Of a stretch of DNA of 33,275 nt, positions 1 through 10,616 are shown in pieces. The stretch spans positions 1-33,275 of the forward strand of contig CAZIPU010000006.1 of assembly GCA_964541005.1 (NCBI GenBank), written 5' to 3'. Under the pieces are notes generated by a model that was not told where the DNA came from, made no database searches, and saw nothing but the letters and a program-made list of their open reading frames with translations. The position numbers were made by a program, and so were the translations under genes. The stretch's first letter is position 1. The number at the start of each line of letters is the position of its first letter. This DNA comes from an uncultured Syntrophales bacterium. GTDB lineage: Bacteria; Desulfobacterota; Syntrophia; Syntrophales; JAAYKM01.

Positions 1-303
1 CCGGACCTGGAACCCCAAAAACGACTTGGCCCGATGGCCGAGGCGATTCAGGATAATCGACAAAAGAGTGATGGTGACCTGCTCACCCGTCGAGATCAAC
101 GAGTCGAATTCCCTGGGATCCGGAGGATCCGCCGCCTTCGTCGCCATTTGTATCAGGCGATCCGTTTCGCCGGCCATGGCGGATACCACGACAATCACAT
201 CGTTGCCCGCTTCTTTCGTTTTAATGGCTTTCCTCGCAACATTTTCAATCTTTTCCAGATTTGCGACAGACGTCCCGCCATATTTCTGAACAATTAAAGC
301 CAT
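1..303 (-). CDS. lysC: aspartate kinase, N-terminal 101 codons (gene continues past the left edge)
   Basis: Truncated, so absent from the ORF track. Reverse-complement translation from the ATG at 303-301 reads MALIVQKYGGTSVANLEKIENVARKAIKTKEAGNDVIVVVSAMAGETDRLIQ. This is the canonical aspartokinase N-terminus (KYGGTS, VVVSAMxGxTDxL). AGGAGG (312-317 on + as cctcct) lies 8 nt upstream. Confidence 0.85.
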   Translation of the reverse strand, partial: MALIVQKYGGTSVANLEKIENVARKAIKTKEAGNDVIVVVSAMAGETDRLIQMATKAADPPDPREFDSLISTGEQVTITLLSIILNRLGHRAKSFLGFQVR

Positions 304-318
304 ACGCAAAACCTCCTT

Positions 319-801
319 CTATTGATGCTGATATTCACTCAGAATATTACAGATTACGGCATCACGGCCGGTCAATTTAATAAAGCGCGTCGTTTCATCG
401 ATATATTCAAACATCACAAATAACGTATCCGCCGGCAGGATATCCTGAATCTTTTCCGCCCATTCGATCACGGTTACACCCCCGCCGTTGAAAAAATCCT
501 CAAAACCCGCATCCATCATTTCCCGTGAATTATCCAACCGATACGCATCCACATGCCATAATGTCAAACGGCCCGGATACTCATTGACGATGGTGAAGGT
601 CGGACTGGTTATTTCATATTGACCGGACACCCCCAGACTTTTGGCCAGGCCTTTTGTCAAGCAGGTTTTCCCGGACCCCAGATCTCCTATCAGGGCAACG
701 AGATCACCGGAAACGAGATTTTTACCGATAATCTCCCCCAATCTTCTGGTTTCTTCCTCGCTATGAGTACGCAGTTCCGCTTCTTTTTTATTCATGATCA
801 C
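319..801 (-). CDS. tsaE: tRNA threonylcarbamoyladenosine (t6A) biosynthesis ATPase TsaE/YjeE
   Basis: 160 aa. P-loop GDLGSGKT followed by TSPTFTIVNEY and HVDAYRL, the typical TsaE signature and size. Confidence 0.85.
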   Translation of the reverse strand: MIMNKKEAELRTHSEEETRRLGEIIGKNLVSGDLVALIGDLGSGKTCLTKGLAKSLGVSGQYEITSPTFTIVNEYPGRLTLWHVDAYRLDNSREMMDAGFEDFFNGGGVTVIEWAEKIQDILPADTLFVMFEYIDETTRFIKLTGRDAVICNILSEYQHQ

Positions 802-813
802 TTTTTTTGCCGT

Positions 814-2103
814 TTACAAATCGGACGATTCTCCACGGGCGATTGCATCTGCCATGGAAATGATTTTCATCGTCCTTTCCACATCGTGGACCCGAACGAT
901 ATGGCTCCCATGAAGAATGCTCGCCGTCACCGCCGCCGTTGTTCCGTCAATCCTTTCCGCCGGATTATGAACATGGGTCAGAGCCCCGATGAAGGACTTG
1001 CGCGACACGCCCGTTAAGATGGGGCGGCCGAAGATCCTCAATTCCGATAGATTTCTAAGGATGGCCAGATTGTCTCGCAGCGTCTTGCCGAAACCAATAC
1101 CCGGATCGACGACAATACTTTCGTCGCGAATCCCTGTGAGCCGGGCATTTTTGATTCGGATATCCAGATATGCAACAATCTCCCCCATCACATCCTCATA
1201 GACGATCGGCCCTGCCTGCATGGTTTTGGGGATGCCCTTCATGTGCATGAGGACGACCGCGGCCTGATTTGCCGCAATCACCGATGCCATTCTCGGATCG
1301 AACGTCATCGCACTGATATCGTTGACGATTTCCGCTCCTGAATCAATGGCCGCCTCCGCCACATCCGCTTTCATTGTATCCACGGAAATGGGAACCTGAA
1401 CTTTCCCCTGAAGCCCCTTAATGACCGGTATAATCCGGGCCGATTCTTCTTCCGCCGAGATGAAGTCGGACCCGGGTCTTGAGGATTCTCCGCCGATATC
1501 GAGGATATCCGCCCCGCCGGCTTCAAGTTCCAGGGCCCTGTCAATCGCCGCCCGGGGGGACAGACACTGTCCGCCATCGGAAAATGAATCGGGGGTGACA
1601 TTGACGACACCCATGATCTGCGTTTTCTTCCCGAACGGGATCTCTCTCCGATTTGTGCAAAGAACCAGGTCGGTCGCCTGGAAGGCTGTTAAAATACGCT
1701 CCAATTTTTTCGACAGGGACTTCAGGCCAAACGGTTGCATTCTGATGTTGTCTGCAAAACGCCTAACCTGCTTCTCCGTCCCCATCAGGATGACATCCGT
1801 TGCCCGGATACTGCAGGAGACGGTACCCCTGGCAACGGCCGCATCCGCTCCCAGGGAAAGCATTTCCTGCTTGATAATGTTGGCAACTTTGCATTCAACA
1901 TCCGCGATCCGGATATTCAGGTGCTTCATCTTGGGAAGCAGAATATCCCGAGCAGCGGGATCGACTTTCACCGCCGTCAATGCCCGCAAGGATTCCTCGT
2001 CTGAAATCAGAGGCAGTACTCTGACTTGAAAATCCCTTTCGCCCGAATGATTCATCTCAGGAGGCCTGGCGTTTGAATCAGGCATTCGCAGGACACGCCG
2101 CAT
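814..2103 (-). CDS. folP: dihydropteroate synthase with ~150-aa N-terminal extension
   Basis: [14 protein letters not shown] pterin-binding motif and a full DHPS TIM-barrel region in the C-terminal ~280 aa. The start is uncertain: the longest ORF starts with TTG at 2127 and overlaps ftsH, with ATG candidates at 2103, 2085 and 2055, none with a good SD. Confidence 0.85.
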   Translation of the reverse strand: MRRVLRMPDSNARPPEMNHSGERDFQVRVLPLISDEESLRALTAVKVDPAARDILLPKMKHLNIRIADVECKVANIIKQEMLSLGADAAVARGTVSCSIRATDVILMGTEKQVRRFADNIRMQPFGLKSLSKKLERILTAFQATDLVLCTNRREIPFGKKTQIMGVVNVTPDSFSDGGQCLSPRAAIDRALELEAGGADILDIGGESSRPGSDFISAEEESARIIPVIKGLQGKVQVPISVDTMKADVAEAAIDSGAEIVNDISAMTFDPRMASVIAANQAAVVLMHMKGIPKTMQAGPIVYEDVMGEIVAYLDIRIKNARLTGIRDESIVVDPGIGFGKTLRDNLAILRNLSELRIFGRPILTGVSRKSFIGALTHVHNPAERIDGTTAAVTASILHGSHIVRVHDVERTMKIISMADAIARGESSDL

Positions 2104-3901
2104 CTTTCGGCGACCGGTCCCTTTCAATGATCTGGTCGAGTTCTTCCGTGTTCAGCACTTCTTTTTCCAGAAGCGCGCCGGCAATGTGATGCAGCGTCTC
2201 AATATTATCCGACAACAACTTTTGAGCCTTGCTGTAACAATCGGTCACGATGCGGGTTATTTCCGCATCGATTGATTTCGCCGTTTCCTCGCTGTAATCC
2301 TTGTGGGTTACAAATTCCCTGCCCAGAAAAATCTGTTCATCCTTCTTGCCGTAGCTCAAGGGCCCCATCCGATCGCTCATACCCCATTCGCAAACCATCT
2401 TTCTGGCAAGATTGGTCGCCCTTTCAATGTCATTTCCCGCGCCGGTCGTAAAATCATGCAGGACCAGTTCCTCCGCGGCCCGTCCCCCCAGAAGAATCGT
2501 AATGTTATTAAAAAGATACTGCCGGGGATAGGTATGCTTCTCGTCAATAGGAAGCTGCTGGGTTACCCCCAGGGCCATGCCCCGCGGAATGATGGTTACT
2601 TTATGAATCGGATCGCTTCCCGGCAGAAGTCTGGCCACGAGAGCATGCCCGGATTCGTGATAGGCCGTGTTCTTCTTCTCGTCTTCACTGATCACCATGC
2701 TCTTTCTTTCGGCACCCATGAGCACCTTGTCTTTTGCAAATTCAAAGTCGCTCATGTTGACTTTTTCCTTGTTATGCCTCGCCGCGTATAACGCCGCCTC
2801 GTTCACGAGGTTTTCGATGTCGGCACCGGAAAATCCCGGTGTCCCCCGGGCAATCACGGAAAAATCGACGTCACCGTCCAGGATTGTTTTCCGGGTGTGC
2901 ACTTCGAATATTTTTTCCCTGCCTTTTACATCCGGAAGCGGAACCACGACCTGGCGGTCGAATCGCCCCGGTCTCATCAGCGCCGGGTCCAGGACATCCG
3001 GCCTGTTGGTCGCGGAAACCAGAATAACCCCTTCGTTGGATTCAAAACCGTCCATCTCGACGAGAAGCTGGTTTAAGGTCTGTTCTCTCTCGTCATGGCC
3101 GCCTCCCAATCCGGCGCCACGGTGCCGTCCGACGGCATCAATTTCATCGATGAAGATGATACAGGGCGCGTGCTTCTTCCCCTGGGTAAAGAGGTCTCTC
3201 ACCCGGGAGGCGCCGACGCCGACGAACATCTCCACAAAATCGGACCCGCTGATGCTGAGAAAGGGCACGTCCGCCTCCCCGGCGATCGCCCTGGCAAGAA
3301 GCGTCTTTCCCGTTCCCGGCTGGCCGACCAGCAAAAGGCCTTTAGGAATGCGCCCGCCCAGGCGCGTGAATTTCTTGGGATCTTTGAGGAATTGAATTAC
3401 CTCTTCCAGTTCCGCCTTGGCCTCATCGATGCCTGCCACATCGGCAAATGTCACCTTCTTGGTTTTATCCGTCATCAGACGGGCCCGGCTCTTTCCAAAT
3501 GCCATCGCTTTCCCGCCGCCGGACTGCATCTGCCGCATGAAGAATATCCAAACGCCAATCAGCAGCAGCATGGGAAACCACGAAATCAGGATGGTCATGT
3601 ACCAGGGGGAATCCTCCACCGGCTTGGCCGATATCTTGACACCTTTATCCTTCAGGAGAGGAATTAAACTGGGATCGTTGGGACTGTACGTCTTAAAATT
3701 CTTCCCCGTATTGAACGTGCCCGTAATATGATCGCCCTGGATCGTTACTTCCTTCACCTGCCCTTTATTCGCATAGGCAATGAAATCGCTGAAAATGATG
3801 TTTTCCTGCACGTTCTGCGGCTGACTGAACATGTGATAAAGAAGGACGAAAACCAGTCCGATGACCAGCCACAGGGCAATATTTTTTTGTAGAGAATTCA
3901 A
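2078..3901 (-). CDS. ftsH: ATP-dependent zinc metalloprotease FtsH
   Basis: 607 aa. Two N-terminal TM segments, AAA Walker A GQPGTGKT, Walker [12 protein letters not shown] region, and zinc site HESGHAL. Confidence 0.97.
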   Translation of the reverse strand: MNSLQKNIALWLVIGLVFVLLYHMFSQPQNVQENIIFSDFIAYANKGQVKEVTIQGDHITGTFNTGKNFKTYSPNDPSLIPLLKDKGVKISAKPVEDSPWYMTILISWFPMLLLIGVWIFFMRQMQSGGGKAMAFGKSRARLMTDKTKKVTFADVAGIDEAKAELEEVIQFLKDPKKFTRLGGRIPKGLLLVGQPGTGKTLLARAIAGEADVPFLSISGSDFVEMFVGVGASRVRDLFTQGKKHAPCIIFIDEIDAVGRHRGAGLGGGHDEREQTLNQLLVEMDGFESNEGVILVSATNRPDVLDPALMRPGRFDRQVVVPLPDVKGREKIFEVHTRKTILDGDVDFSVIARGTPGFSGADIENLVNEAALYAARHNKEKVNMSDFEFAKDKVLMGAERKSMVISEDEKKNTAYHESGHALVARLLPGSDPIHKVTIIPRGMALGVTQQLPIDEKHTYPRQYLFNNITILLGGRAAEELVLHDFTTGAGNDIERATNLARKMVCEWGMSDRMGPLSYGKKDEQIFLGREFVTHKDYSEETAKSIDAEITRIVTDCYSKAQKLLSDNIETLHHIAGALLEKEVLNTEELDQIIERDRSPKDAACPANA

Positions 3902-4164
3902 ATCCGTTACTCCTTATTTCCTGACCTTCGCGTCAGATGCTTGTGGATCACATTTATAAATTCGATTTTTTTCCACGCCGCCCAAATATAAGTTCCGCCT
4001 TAATCAGGGGTACACGTTAATCATTTTGTAATTATGGGGTATTGAAGCCCTTCAGCACACAGGCCGGAGCTAAAGATAACGGTACATAAATGACGGCAAT
4101 GGTAAAAAAGATCTTCATTTTATAACAGTGACACGGTTTCCCTTATAATAAGGGAGACTTAATT

Positions 4165-5610
4165 TCAAATGATTTCTATTTTCAAAACCTTTCTTGTTGA
4201 TTCCGTCACTTTGACATTTTCGTTAATGCTCATCCCTGCAATCCATAATATGCACTGTCTGTCCGTAAGCAAGGGGATTTTTTTCCGGGATTCCCTGGGG
4301 ACCTTCCGGTCGATGAAGTAAGCCTTCAATTTTTTTGTCCCTTTCATACCCAGGGGCTGGAACCGGTCGCCGGGAATCATGTTCCTGACAATCATGGGCG
4401 AGGCGATTTTGGCGTAGTCGATATGGGCAACGTTGGGGACCGCAAAATCCTGGATTACACGGCGGTCGGTCAAAGAAAACCGCAAACGATTCCCTGCTTC
4501 TTTTATTTCAATTTCATCCCTTATATCGGGAACAGGATAAGAAAATAGTCCCGTCTCCAGGCACTCATCGCAGGGTTTCCCCTGGGCATCAGCCTGAACG
4601 ACAGATTTTTCTTCGTCCGATCTCCGTTGCATCCTCTTTTCGAAGAGGATGCTTTCATATTGCCTGCGCACTTCCGTCATAAAGGGAAGGGACAGCTTCT
4701 GTCCCACATGCCCGTCACGGATTAGCCCCATGACGGAATGGATATGCGGCGTGGCGATCCCGTTCAAATTACCGGACCCGCTTTCCAGAATGGTCTTGAT
4801 AATCCGTCTTTGGATCGCTTCATGAAGATGCTTAAAATCATTGAGATTAAGAAGAATTCTCCCGGCCCTTAAATCAACAGCCCATCGCTTGAGAACGGCT
4901 GAGGTCTGTTGCTCCAGAAAGTCATTTTCAACCCGCATCGTTTCCGACATGCCATGCAGTGCATCCTCGATCCGGGGATTGTACGATCTTAATTTCGGGA
5001 TCAGATCGTGTCGGATCCGGTTCCGCAGAAACAATGCGGAGCGATTCGAGGCGTCCTCCCGGAAGCCTATTTTTTCGCTTTTCAGCCAGGCCAGGAGTTC
5101 ATCTTTTTTGACCGTCAACAACGGTCGAACCAGAACCCCATCGCGAATCGGGAGCATTCCCCTCAACCCTCTGGAACCCGTTCCCCTCAGGAAATTGAGC
5201 AGAACCGTTTCCGCCTGATCATGGAAGTGGTGCCCCAGGGCGATTTTGTCGGCTGGAAGGTCCTTCAGCAACCGGGAAAAGAAAGCATACCGCTCGCGAC
5301 GGGCCGTATCTTCCACGGACAGGCCGATTTGCCTGGAGAGCACACCGATCTCCACTTTTTTCAGGAAAAAGGGGAGCCGGAGCTCGGCCGCCCGTTCATG
5401 CACCCATTGGGCATCCTCATCGGCATCCCTTCCCCGCAAGCCATGATTCAGATGTGCGACCGCCAGAGTGATCCCGAGTTCTTCTTTCAACCGGTTCATG
5501 ACCCACAGCAGGGCCATGGAATCGGGCCCGCCGGATACGCCGACAATGACGCGGTCGCCTTTCCGAAACATCCCGTAACGATGAATATATGCCCTGACTT
5601 TCTTGATCAT
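4165..5610 (-). CDS. tilS: tRNA(Ile)-lysidine synthetase
   Basis: 481 aa. N-terminal PP-loop VGVSGGPDS, HLNHGLRG motif, and the classic tilS-ftsH-folP neighbourhood. Confidence 0.9.
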   Translation of the reverse strand: MIKKVRAYIHRYGMFRKGDRVIVGVSGGPDSMALLWVMNRLKEELGITLAVAHLNHGLRGRDADEDAQWVHERAAELRLPFFLKKVEIGVLSRQIGLSVEDTARRERYAFFSRLLKDLPADKIALGHHFHDQAETVLLNFLRGTGSRGLRGMLPIRDGVLVRPLLTVKKDELLAWLKSEKIGFREDASNRSALFLRNRIRHDLIPKLRSYNPRIEDALHGMSETMRVENDFLEQQTSAVLKRWAVDLRAGRILLNLNDFKHLHEAIQRRIIKTILESGSGNLNGIATPHIHSVMGLIRDGHVGQKLSLPFMTEVRRQYESILFEKRMQRRSDEEKSVVQADAQGKPCDECLETGLFSYPVPDIRDEIEIKEAGNRLRFSLTDRRVIQDFAVPNVAHIDYAKIASPMIVRNMIPGDRFQPLGMKGTKKLKAYFIDRKVPRESRKKIPLLTDRQCILWIAGMSINENVKVTESTRKVLKIEII

Positions 5611-5619
5611 GGCCCTGTT

Positions 5620-6267
5620 TTAGATCAATTTATCCTTCAATTCTTCAAAACGCTCGAAAACGATGTCCGGGCAAAGACTTATGAGGTCGTCCCTTTTTCC
5701 CAAACCGTTTAAGTAGCAGCAACCGACGATCCCCGCCTTTTTTGCCAGCAGGACGTCGTTCACCCCATCTCCGATGATGACGGTTTTTTCTTTCCTCACC
5801 GGGTAACGCTCCAAAATCATTTTCACCAGCATCGGGTCCGGCTTGATGAAGGGCGTCGAATCGTCGGCGATGATGTCTTCAAAATAGTTGAGGATGTTCA
5901 ACGCCGACGCGATTTTCTCCGTATACAGGAACCGCTTGTTGGTCAGGATGATCTTTCGTTTTTCCTTAAAATGTTGCAGGATTTCATGAACGCCGGGATA
6001 CAATGCCGCGTGATCCAGCATATGCATTTCATAGTGACGCGAAAAGATTTCCAGGGCCTTTTCCTGAAAGGCTTTTCCCTCCTGACCAACTGCCCGCTCG
6101 ATAAGTTTGACGACGCCATCACCGATGAAGGTGCGGATCTTCTCTTTTTCAAAGGTCGGCAAGTTGAGAGATTGAAGCGTGTAATTAACCGAATTCGCGA
6201 TATCTTCTCCCGTGGTCACCAAGGTTCCATCAAAATCAAAAATCATCAATTCTACAGAAACAGGCAT
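5620..6267 (-). CDS. HAD-superfamily hydrolase (phosphoglycolate phosphatase-like)
   Basis: 215 aa. HAD motif I FDFDGTL, motif III/IV K...GDGVNDV. Substrate not inferable. Confidence 0.7.
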   Translation of the reverse strand: MPVSVELMIFDFDGTLVTTGEDIANSVNYTLQSLNLPTFEKEKIRTFIGDGVVKLIERAVGQEGKAFQEKALEIFSRHYEMHMLDHAALYPGVHEILQHFKEKRKIILTNKRFLYTEKIASALNILNYFEDIIADDSTPFIKPDPMLVKMILERYPVRKEKTVIIGDGVNDVLLAKKAGIVGCCYLNGLGKRDDLISLCPDIVFERFEELKDKLI

Positions 6268-6373
6268 TAAAACCCCTTTTCGCTTTCCTTAATGGTCGAC
6301 TTATATTACAATCGTCACAATTTAGATACAAAAAGATGCTAATTTTACTAAGAAATCAACGGATACGGGCGCC

Positions 6374-7240
6374 ATGGAAACATTTGCGATCATCGGTCTC
6401 GGAAAAGTCGGGTCTTCCATCGGCTATCTCTTAAAGCAGGCCGGGTATAACATTGTCGCCGTTGTAGATCAATCGGAAGAAGCCCTCCGTAAAAATATCG
6501 TCTACACGAACGGAAAACCATTTTCCCATTCATCCGAAATAGATGTTGACGCCGATTGCTTTATCATTACGACCGGCGACGACCAGATCAGGAAAGCCTG
6601 CGAAGAACTTGCTCCGCGTCTGAAAACAGGTTCCATTGTGATTCACATGAGCGGCGCCGGCAGTCTTGACCTGCTTCAGGCGGCCGGAAAGGCCGGCGCT
6701 AAAACGGGCAGCATCCATCCGCTCCAGACCTTCTCGGAAATTGAAGCGGCAATCAGGATTTTACCCGGAACGGTCTATGGCGTCACCGTTGATCCCGAAT
6801 TGAAAAACTGGGCGGACGGACTCGTCCGGTCCATCGGGGGTGTCCCTTTTTTCATCGCCGGCCGGGACCGGGCCCTTTATCATGCCGCGGCCTGCATTGT
6901 CTCCAATTACTTTGTCAGCCTGATGTACATGGCCGAGGAAATTTACCGGATCCTGGGATTAAATGAAAAAGAGGCGAGACAGGCTTTCTGGCCCCTTTTG
7001 ACGGGAACCATTCAGAATATCGAGCAAAAAGGCAGTGTCCCTTCCCTGACCGGCCCCATTGCCAGGGGAGATTTGGGGACCCTGGAAAAACATCTTGAAG
7101 CCATTGAAGCGAATATCCCTTCCCTTCTTTCCGTTTACAGGGAGTTGGGAAAGGTTACGGCAGACGTGGCCTTGAAAAGGAACAGCCTGTCCGCGGAACA
7201 AGTCACTTCAATCAAGTCGCTACTATCAAAAGGAGTTTAA
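6374..7240 (+). CDS. Rossmann-fold NAD(P)-binding oxidoreductase, DUF2520-like (candidate ketopantoate reductase)
   Basis: 288 aa. N-terminal [12 protein letters not shown] dinucleotide-binding loop. C-terminal [11 protein letters not shown] and LTGPIARGD resemble the DUF2520 domain as I recall it. The stop overlaps the panB ATG (TAATG at 7238-7242). Confidence 0.6.
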   Translation: METFAIIGLGKVGSSIGYLLKQAGYNIVAVVDQSEEALRKNIVYTNGKPFSHSSEIDVDADCFIITTGDDQIRKACEELAPRLKTGSIVIHMSGAGSLDLLQAAGKAGAKTGSIHPLQTFSEIEAAIRILPGTVYGVTVDPELKNWADGLVRSIGGVPFFIAGRDRALYHAAACIVSNYFVSLMYMAEEIYRILGLNEKEARQAFWPLLTGTIQNIEQKGSVPSLTGPIARGDLGTLEKHLEAIEANIPSLLSVYRELGKVTADVALKRNSLSAEQVTSIKSLLSKGV

Positions 7241-8061
7241 TGATGAGCACACAGGTAAAAACAAATAAAATCAGCGTATCGACGATCAGGACCATGAAGC
7301 AGAACCATGAAAAAATCGCCATGTTAACGGCTTATGACTATCCCACGGCGTTGCTTCTTGATCAATGCGGTGTGGAAATGATCCTGGTCGGGGATTCCCT
7401 GGGAATGGTGGTCCTTGGGTACGACAGCACCTTGCCGGTCACCATGGAAGATATGATTCATCATACGAAAGCCGTTACACGGGGCGTTTCCTCGTCTATG
7501 GTCATCGGCGATATGCCGTTTCTTTCCTACCAGTGTTCCCTCGACCAGGCGGTCTGGAATGCAGGCCGCTTTCTGCAGGAAGCGGGGGCACAAGGCGTCA
7601 AGCTGGAAGGAGGGCGAGAGTACGCCGAAGTCGTACACCGGATCAGCATGGCGGGAATCCCGGTTGTGGCTCACCTTGGGCTTACACCTCAATTCGTCCA
7701 CCAACTGGGCGGTTACAAGGTCCAGGGAAAAGAACAGGCCGCTGCGGCAAGAATGATCGAAGATGCTAAAATTCTGGAGGAGGCGGGGGCATTCGCCGTG
7801 GTACTGGAGTGCATTCCTGCACCTTTGGCGAAAACGATCACGGAAGCGGTTTCCATACCGACCATCGGCATCGGGGCCGGTCCCCACTGCGACGGTCAGG
7901 TTTTGGTGATTCACGATCTGCTGGGGCTGTACGAACGGTTTACGCCAAAGTTCGTCAAAAAATACAGCACGTTAAATAAAAACATCCGTAAATCGGTCAG
8001 GCAGTACATGAAAGAAGTGAAGGAGGGGTCCTTCCCCGACAAGGACCACTCCTTCAGTTGA
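7240..8061 (+). CDS. panB: 3-methyl-2-oxobutanoate hydroxymethyltransferase (ketopantoate hydroxymethyltransferase)
   Basis: 273 aa. [16 protein letters not shown] and KLEGG blocks typical of PanB. GGAG SD just upstream. Confidence 0.94.
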   Translation: MMSTQVKTNKISVSTIRTMKQNHEKIAMLTAYDYPTALLLDQCGVEMILVGDSLGMVVLGYDSTLPVTMEDMIHHTKAVTRGVSSSMVIGDMPFLSYQCSLDQAVWNAGRFLQEAGAQGVKLEGGREYAEVVHRISMAGIPVVAHLGLTPQFVHQLGGYKVQGKEQAAAARMIEDAKILEEAGAFAVVLECIPAPLAKTITEAVSIPTIGIGAGPHCDGQVLVIHDLLGLYERFTPKFVKKYSTLNKNIRKSVRQYMKEVKEGSFPDKDHSFS

Positions 8062-8065
8062 TCGG

Positions 8066-9130
8066 CTAAGAGCTGTAAACGACGATGTTGGCCTTTTCCT
8101 TCAGTTTCTTCATGAGGGATTGATAGGCCTGTTCCTGTTTCTTCATCTTGAGATAGGCGGAGATCTTCGCCTTGATGTCGTCGTTAAAGGCCATCGTCTT
8201 CGGTCCTTCGCGCTTGAGAACCTGAATGATGTGATAGCCGTATTGCGTTTTTACAACGGGTCCGATTTCATTTGCCTTCTGTGAGAACGCCGCATCGTCG
8301 AAGGGCTTGACCATCTGTCCCTTGACGAAGACCCCCAGATCGCCACCCGCCTCGGCACTGGGGCAATCGGAATTCTTCGCGGCCATCTCGGCGAAATCAG
8401 CCCCTCCCAGCAACTCCTTCCGGATTGATTCGGCCTTGGCTTTCTTTTCGGCCAACGTCTTTGCATTATCTTCAGGAGTCGTCTTGATCAGTATGTGCCG
8501 GGCATGTACAGATTCCGGCATGACGAACTTGTCCTTGTTTTGCTTGTAGAAATCGTTGATTTCCTTATCTGTTACTTTAGGATCGGACGGAACGGATGAC
8601 TTGACATACTTTTCGATTTTAACACCCAGGCGGATCTCCTCCTTTGCCTGCTCCTTGGTCAGATGGTTCTTCTGCAGAAACTGCTCGTAGGTCACCTTGG
8701 GGGGTAAAGATTCCTTCAATTTGTTAATCCCGTCGGTCACTTCCTTGTCCGTTGCTGATATTTTCAGTTTTTCAACCTCGTTGGCAAACAGGGTACGCAT
8801 AATGAAGTTGTCGATGATTTTGGTTTTCACTTCATTTCTGACTTCGTTCAATTTGTCGGCCGGAACCTGTGACTTCAGCATGTCCATTTTTGCGTTAAGA
8901 TCTCTTTCCAGCGTGGTTTTCGTCAATTTAACCCCATCGACGACCACCACGGCATCCGCCATTTCGGGAGGAATCGGCGAGATTCCGGTTGACGGTGCCG
9001 GGGTTGAGGCAACCTGGTTTCCCTTGTCCGCGCTCGGTTTTCCCTTGTTTGAATCACAGGCAATGATGAACATCAGGCCTAAGATCAAGAAAGTCAAAAC
9101 ATAAACACCTTGCTTTTTCATGCAGTTCAT
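8066..9130 (-). CDS. parvulin-type peptidyl-prolyl cis-trans isomerase lipoprotein (PrsA/SurA-like)
   Basis: 354 aa. Signal peptide with lipobox (FIIAC), long helical chaperone-like region, then a PPIC rotamase domain (HARHILI ... GGDLGVF ... GYHIIQV). Confidence 0.8.
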   Translation of the reverse strand: MNCMKKQGVYVLTFLILGLMFIIACDSNKGKPSADKGNQVASTPAPSTGISPIPPEMADAVVVVDGVKLTKTTLERDLNAKMDMLKSQVPADKLNEVRNEVKTKIIDNFIMRTLFANEVEKLKISATDKEVTDGINKLKESLPPKVTYEQFLQKNHLTKEQAKEEIRLGVKIEKYVKSSVPSDPKVTDKEINDFYKQNKDKFVMPESVHARHILIKTTPEDNAKTLAEKKAKAESIRKELLGGADFAEMAAKNSDCPSAEAGGDLGVFVKGQMVKPFDDAAFSQKANEIGPVVKTQYGYHIIQVLKREGPKTMAFNDDIKAKISAYLKMKKQEQAYQSLMKKLKEKANIVVYSS

Positions 9131-9269
9131 TACGACACTCCTTGGCGTTTTGGTATAATTCCTTATATTTCCTGTTTTTTTAAATCAAATTCCATCTGAT
9201 CAAAACTGTTTGCACTTTATCCGCAATTCGGCTCCTGCGTCAAGCGGTTATATCCTTAAACCAAGGCTT

Positions 9270-10616
9270 TTACATCGTCTTTTCAAGCTCAATGAGATGA
9301 TTTAACACCTCCGGTGCTGAACTGGCGTTGCGGAAATCCCTGTCGGCATCCTTTGTTTGAAGCATGGCATTCATGCGTCGGACCGCTTCAATCATGGATA
9401 TTTTCGGGTACTTTTTTCCCGTCAGGTAGTGAATCAGCTTGAGCGTCTTGAATCCGTCGAACCAGGTATGAAATTGACGCAGAAGATTCTTTCTGAGAGG
9501 AAAATTTCTTTTCAATTGCCCCCATGCGTAAATGAAATCGATCTGATGTAAAAAGGATTTCAATATCGGATCAATGTTTTCCGTAGACGATAAAATTTCC
9601 CCTCCGTCGCGTTGAAGCTGACCTTCTATTGAAGCCAGCCAATCCCTGAGAACGATAAAGACCTGTGGATCATAGAAGAGATTTGTGTCTTTCTCCTCCT
9701 GCGTTAGCCGATCCACCTGATTGCCTGTGCCGAAAGGGGTCCGGAAAGAAATCCGCGGAGAAGGGAATACGGTGGTACCGCGAATAATCCCGACGGGACT
9801 TATCTTGTTCACCTTATTCAAAAAATAGAAATCTTCACCGGCCAATCTTTTCGGCATGCCCCTCACCATGGCATACCCTTCGGCGGAGCTGACGATCGTC
9901 GAACCGATCGTATGAAATGCATACGGAGAACGCGCAAACTGCAAACCGATCAAATAATATCGAAGAAACGATTCATAATGCGCAATCGCTTCCCGGACCG
10001 ATTCGTCCGGACTGTCTCTGTGCGTAAAGGACACCACGGCGGCCTGTGCCTTCTTTGACTGGAAATGACGACTTATTTCATGGAGATAAGAGGATTCTAC
10101 CAGGGTATCCGCATCCAGGCAGAACAAAAGGTTCCGTCCCGTGCCATTGACCTCCAGGACGGATAAACTCAAATCCATGCCGATTTTTCGGGCCAGGCCC
10201 ACGCCGCCTTCCACAGGCAGCTCCCGGCCCCGGGAGGAAACGTCCACGCAACCCAGGCGTATTTCGCTCCGATTAATTTCCCCAATGAACTCGGCCTCCT
10301 TTTGGCTGACGCCATCACAGGCTTCTTTTCTCATGAGGCAGCGGATAATGGATAGGGTTCTTTGATTGTTGCCGATCTCCTCTTCCGTGGCATGTGGGAA
10401 TGGCCGGTTATTGACCACACAGACGACCAGGGTTCTGCTCAATTCAAGGTTAGAATTCAGCGAAAGGCTGTACAAGGTTTCCAGGATGGCAGGGTATTCG
10501 GCCAGGGCCGGAATCACGACAGCATTCCGGAGGCCCTGAAAACCAGACGCCTCCAGTTGCCAGGGGCCCCTTTCCGCATGACCGTCCAGATATCTTTTTA
10601 CATGGTTTTTCATCAT
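9270..10616 (-). CDS. GT-A-fold (family 2-like) glycosyltransferase, function unknown
   Basis: 448 aa. VVIPALAE near the N-terminus, a DxD-like CLDADT, and GEDFYFL. No TM segments noticed. Its ATG shares one base with the miaA stop (TAATG at 10618-10614). Confidence 0.5.
   Translation of the reverse strand: MMKNHVKRYLDGHAERGPWQLEASGFQGLRNAVVIPALAEYPAILETLYSLSLNSNLELSRTLVVCVVNNRPFPHATEEEIGNNQRTLSIIRCLMRKEACDGVSQKEAEFIGEINRSEIRLGCVDVSSRGRELPVEGGVGLARKIGMDLSLSVLEVNGTGRNLLFCLDADTLVESSYLHEISRHFQSKKAQAAVVSFTHRDSPDESVREAIAHYESFLRYYLIGLQFARSPYAFHTIGSTIVSSAEGYAMVRGMPKRLAGEDFYFLNKVNKISPVGIIRGTTVFPSPRISFRTPFGTGNQVDRLTQEEKDTNLFYDPQVFIVLRDWLASIEGQLQRDGGEILSSTENIDPILKSFLHQIDFIYAWGQLKRNFPLRKNLLRQFHTWFDGFKTLKLIHYLTGKKYPKISMIEAVRRMNAMLQTKDADRDFRNASSAPEVLNHLIELEKTM

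Noticed and set aside
2303-3731. Several 100-240-aa plus-strand ORFs (2303-2791, 2667-3395, 3095-3667, 3417-3731)
   Set aside because: All are antisense to ftsH, which is full-length and motif-complete. They have no SD or recognisable motifs.
4139-4155. Palindrome TCCCTTAT-A-ATAAGGGA right after the tilS stop, considered as a terminator
   Set aside because: A 1-nt spacer leaves too small a loop, the stem is short and AT-rich, and no U-tract follows on the minus strand. It is kept only as a possible protein-binding site without support.
9154-9159. Perfect TATAAT (with nearby TG) on the plus strand, which would drive antisense transcription into the glycosyltransferase gene
   Set aside because: There is no acceptable -35 (best is TTACGA at 18 nt). 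Such hexamers are expected by chance in this AT-rich spacer, which more plausibly holds the minus-strand promoter of the PPIase gene.
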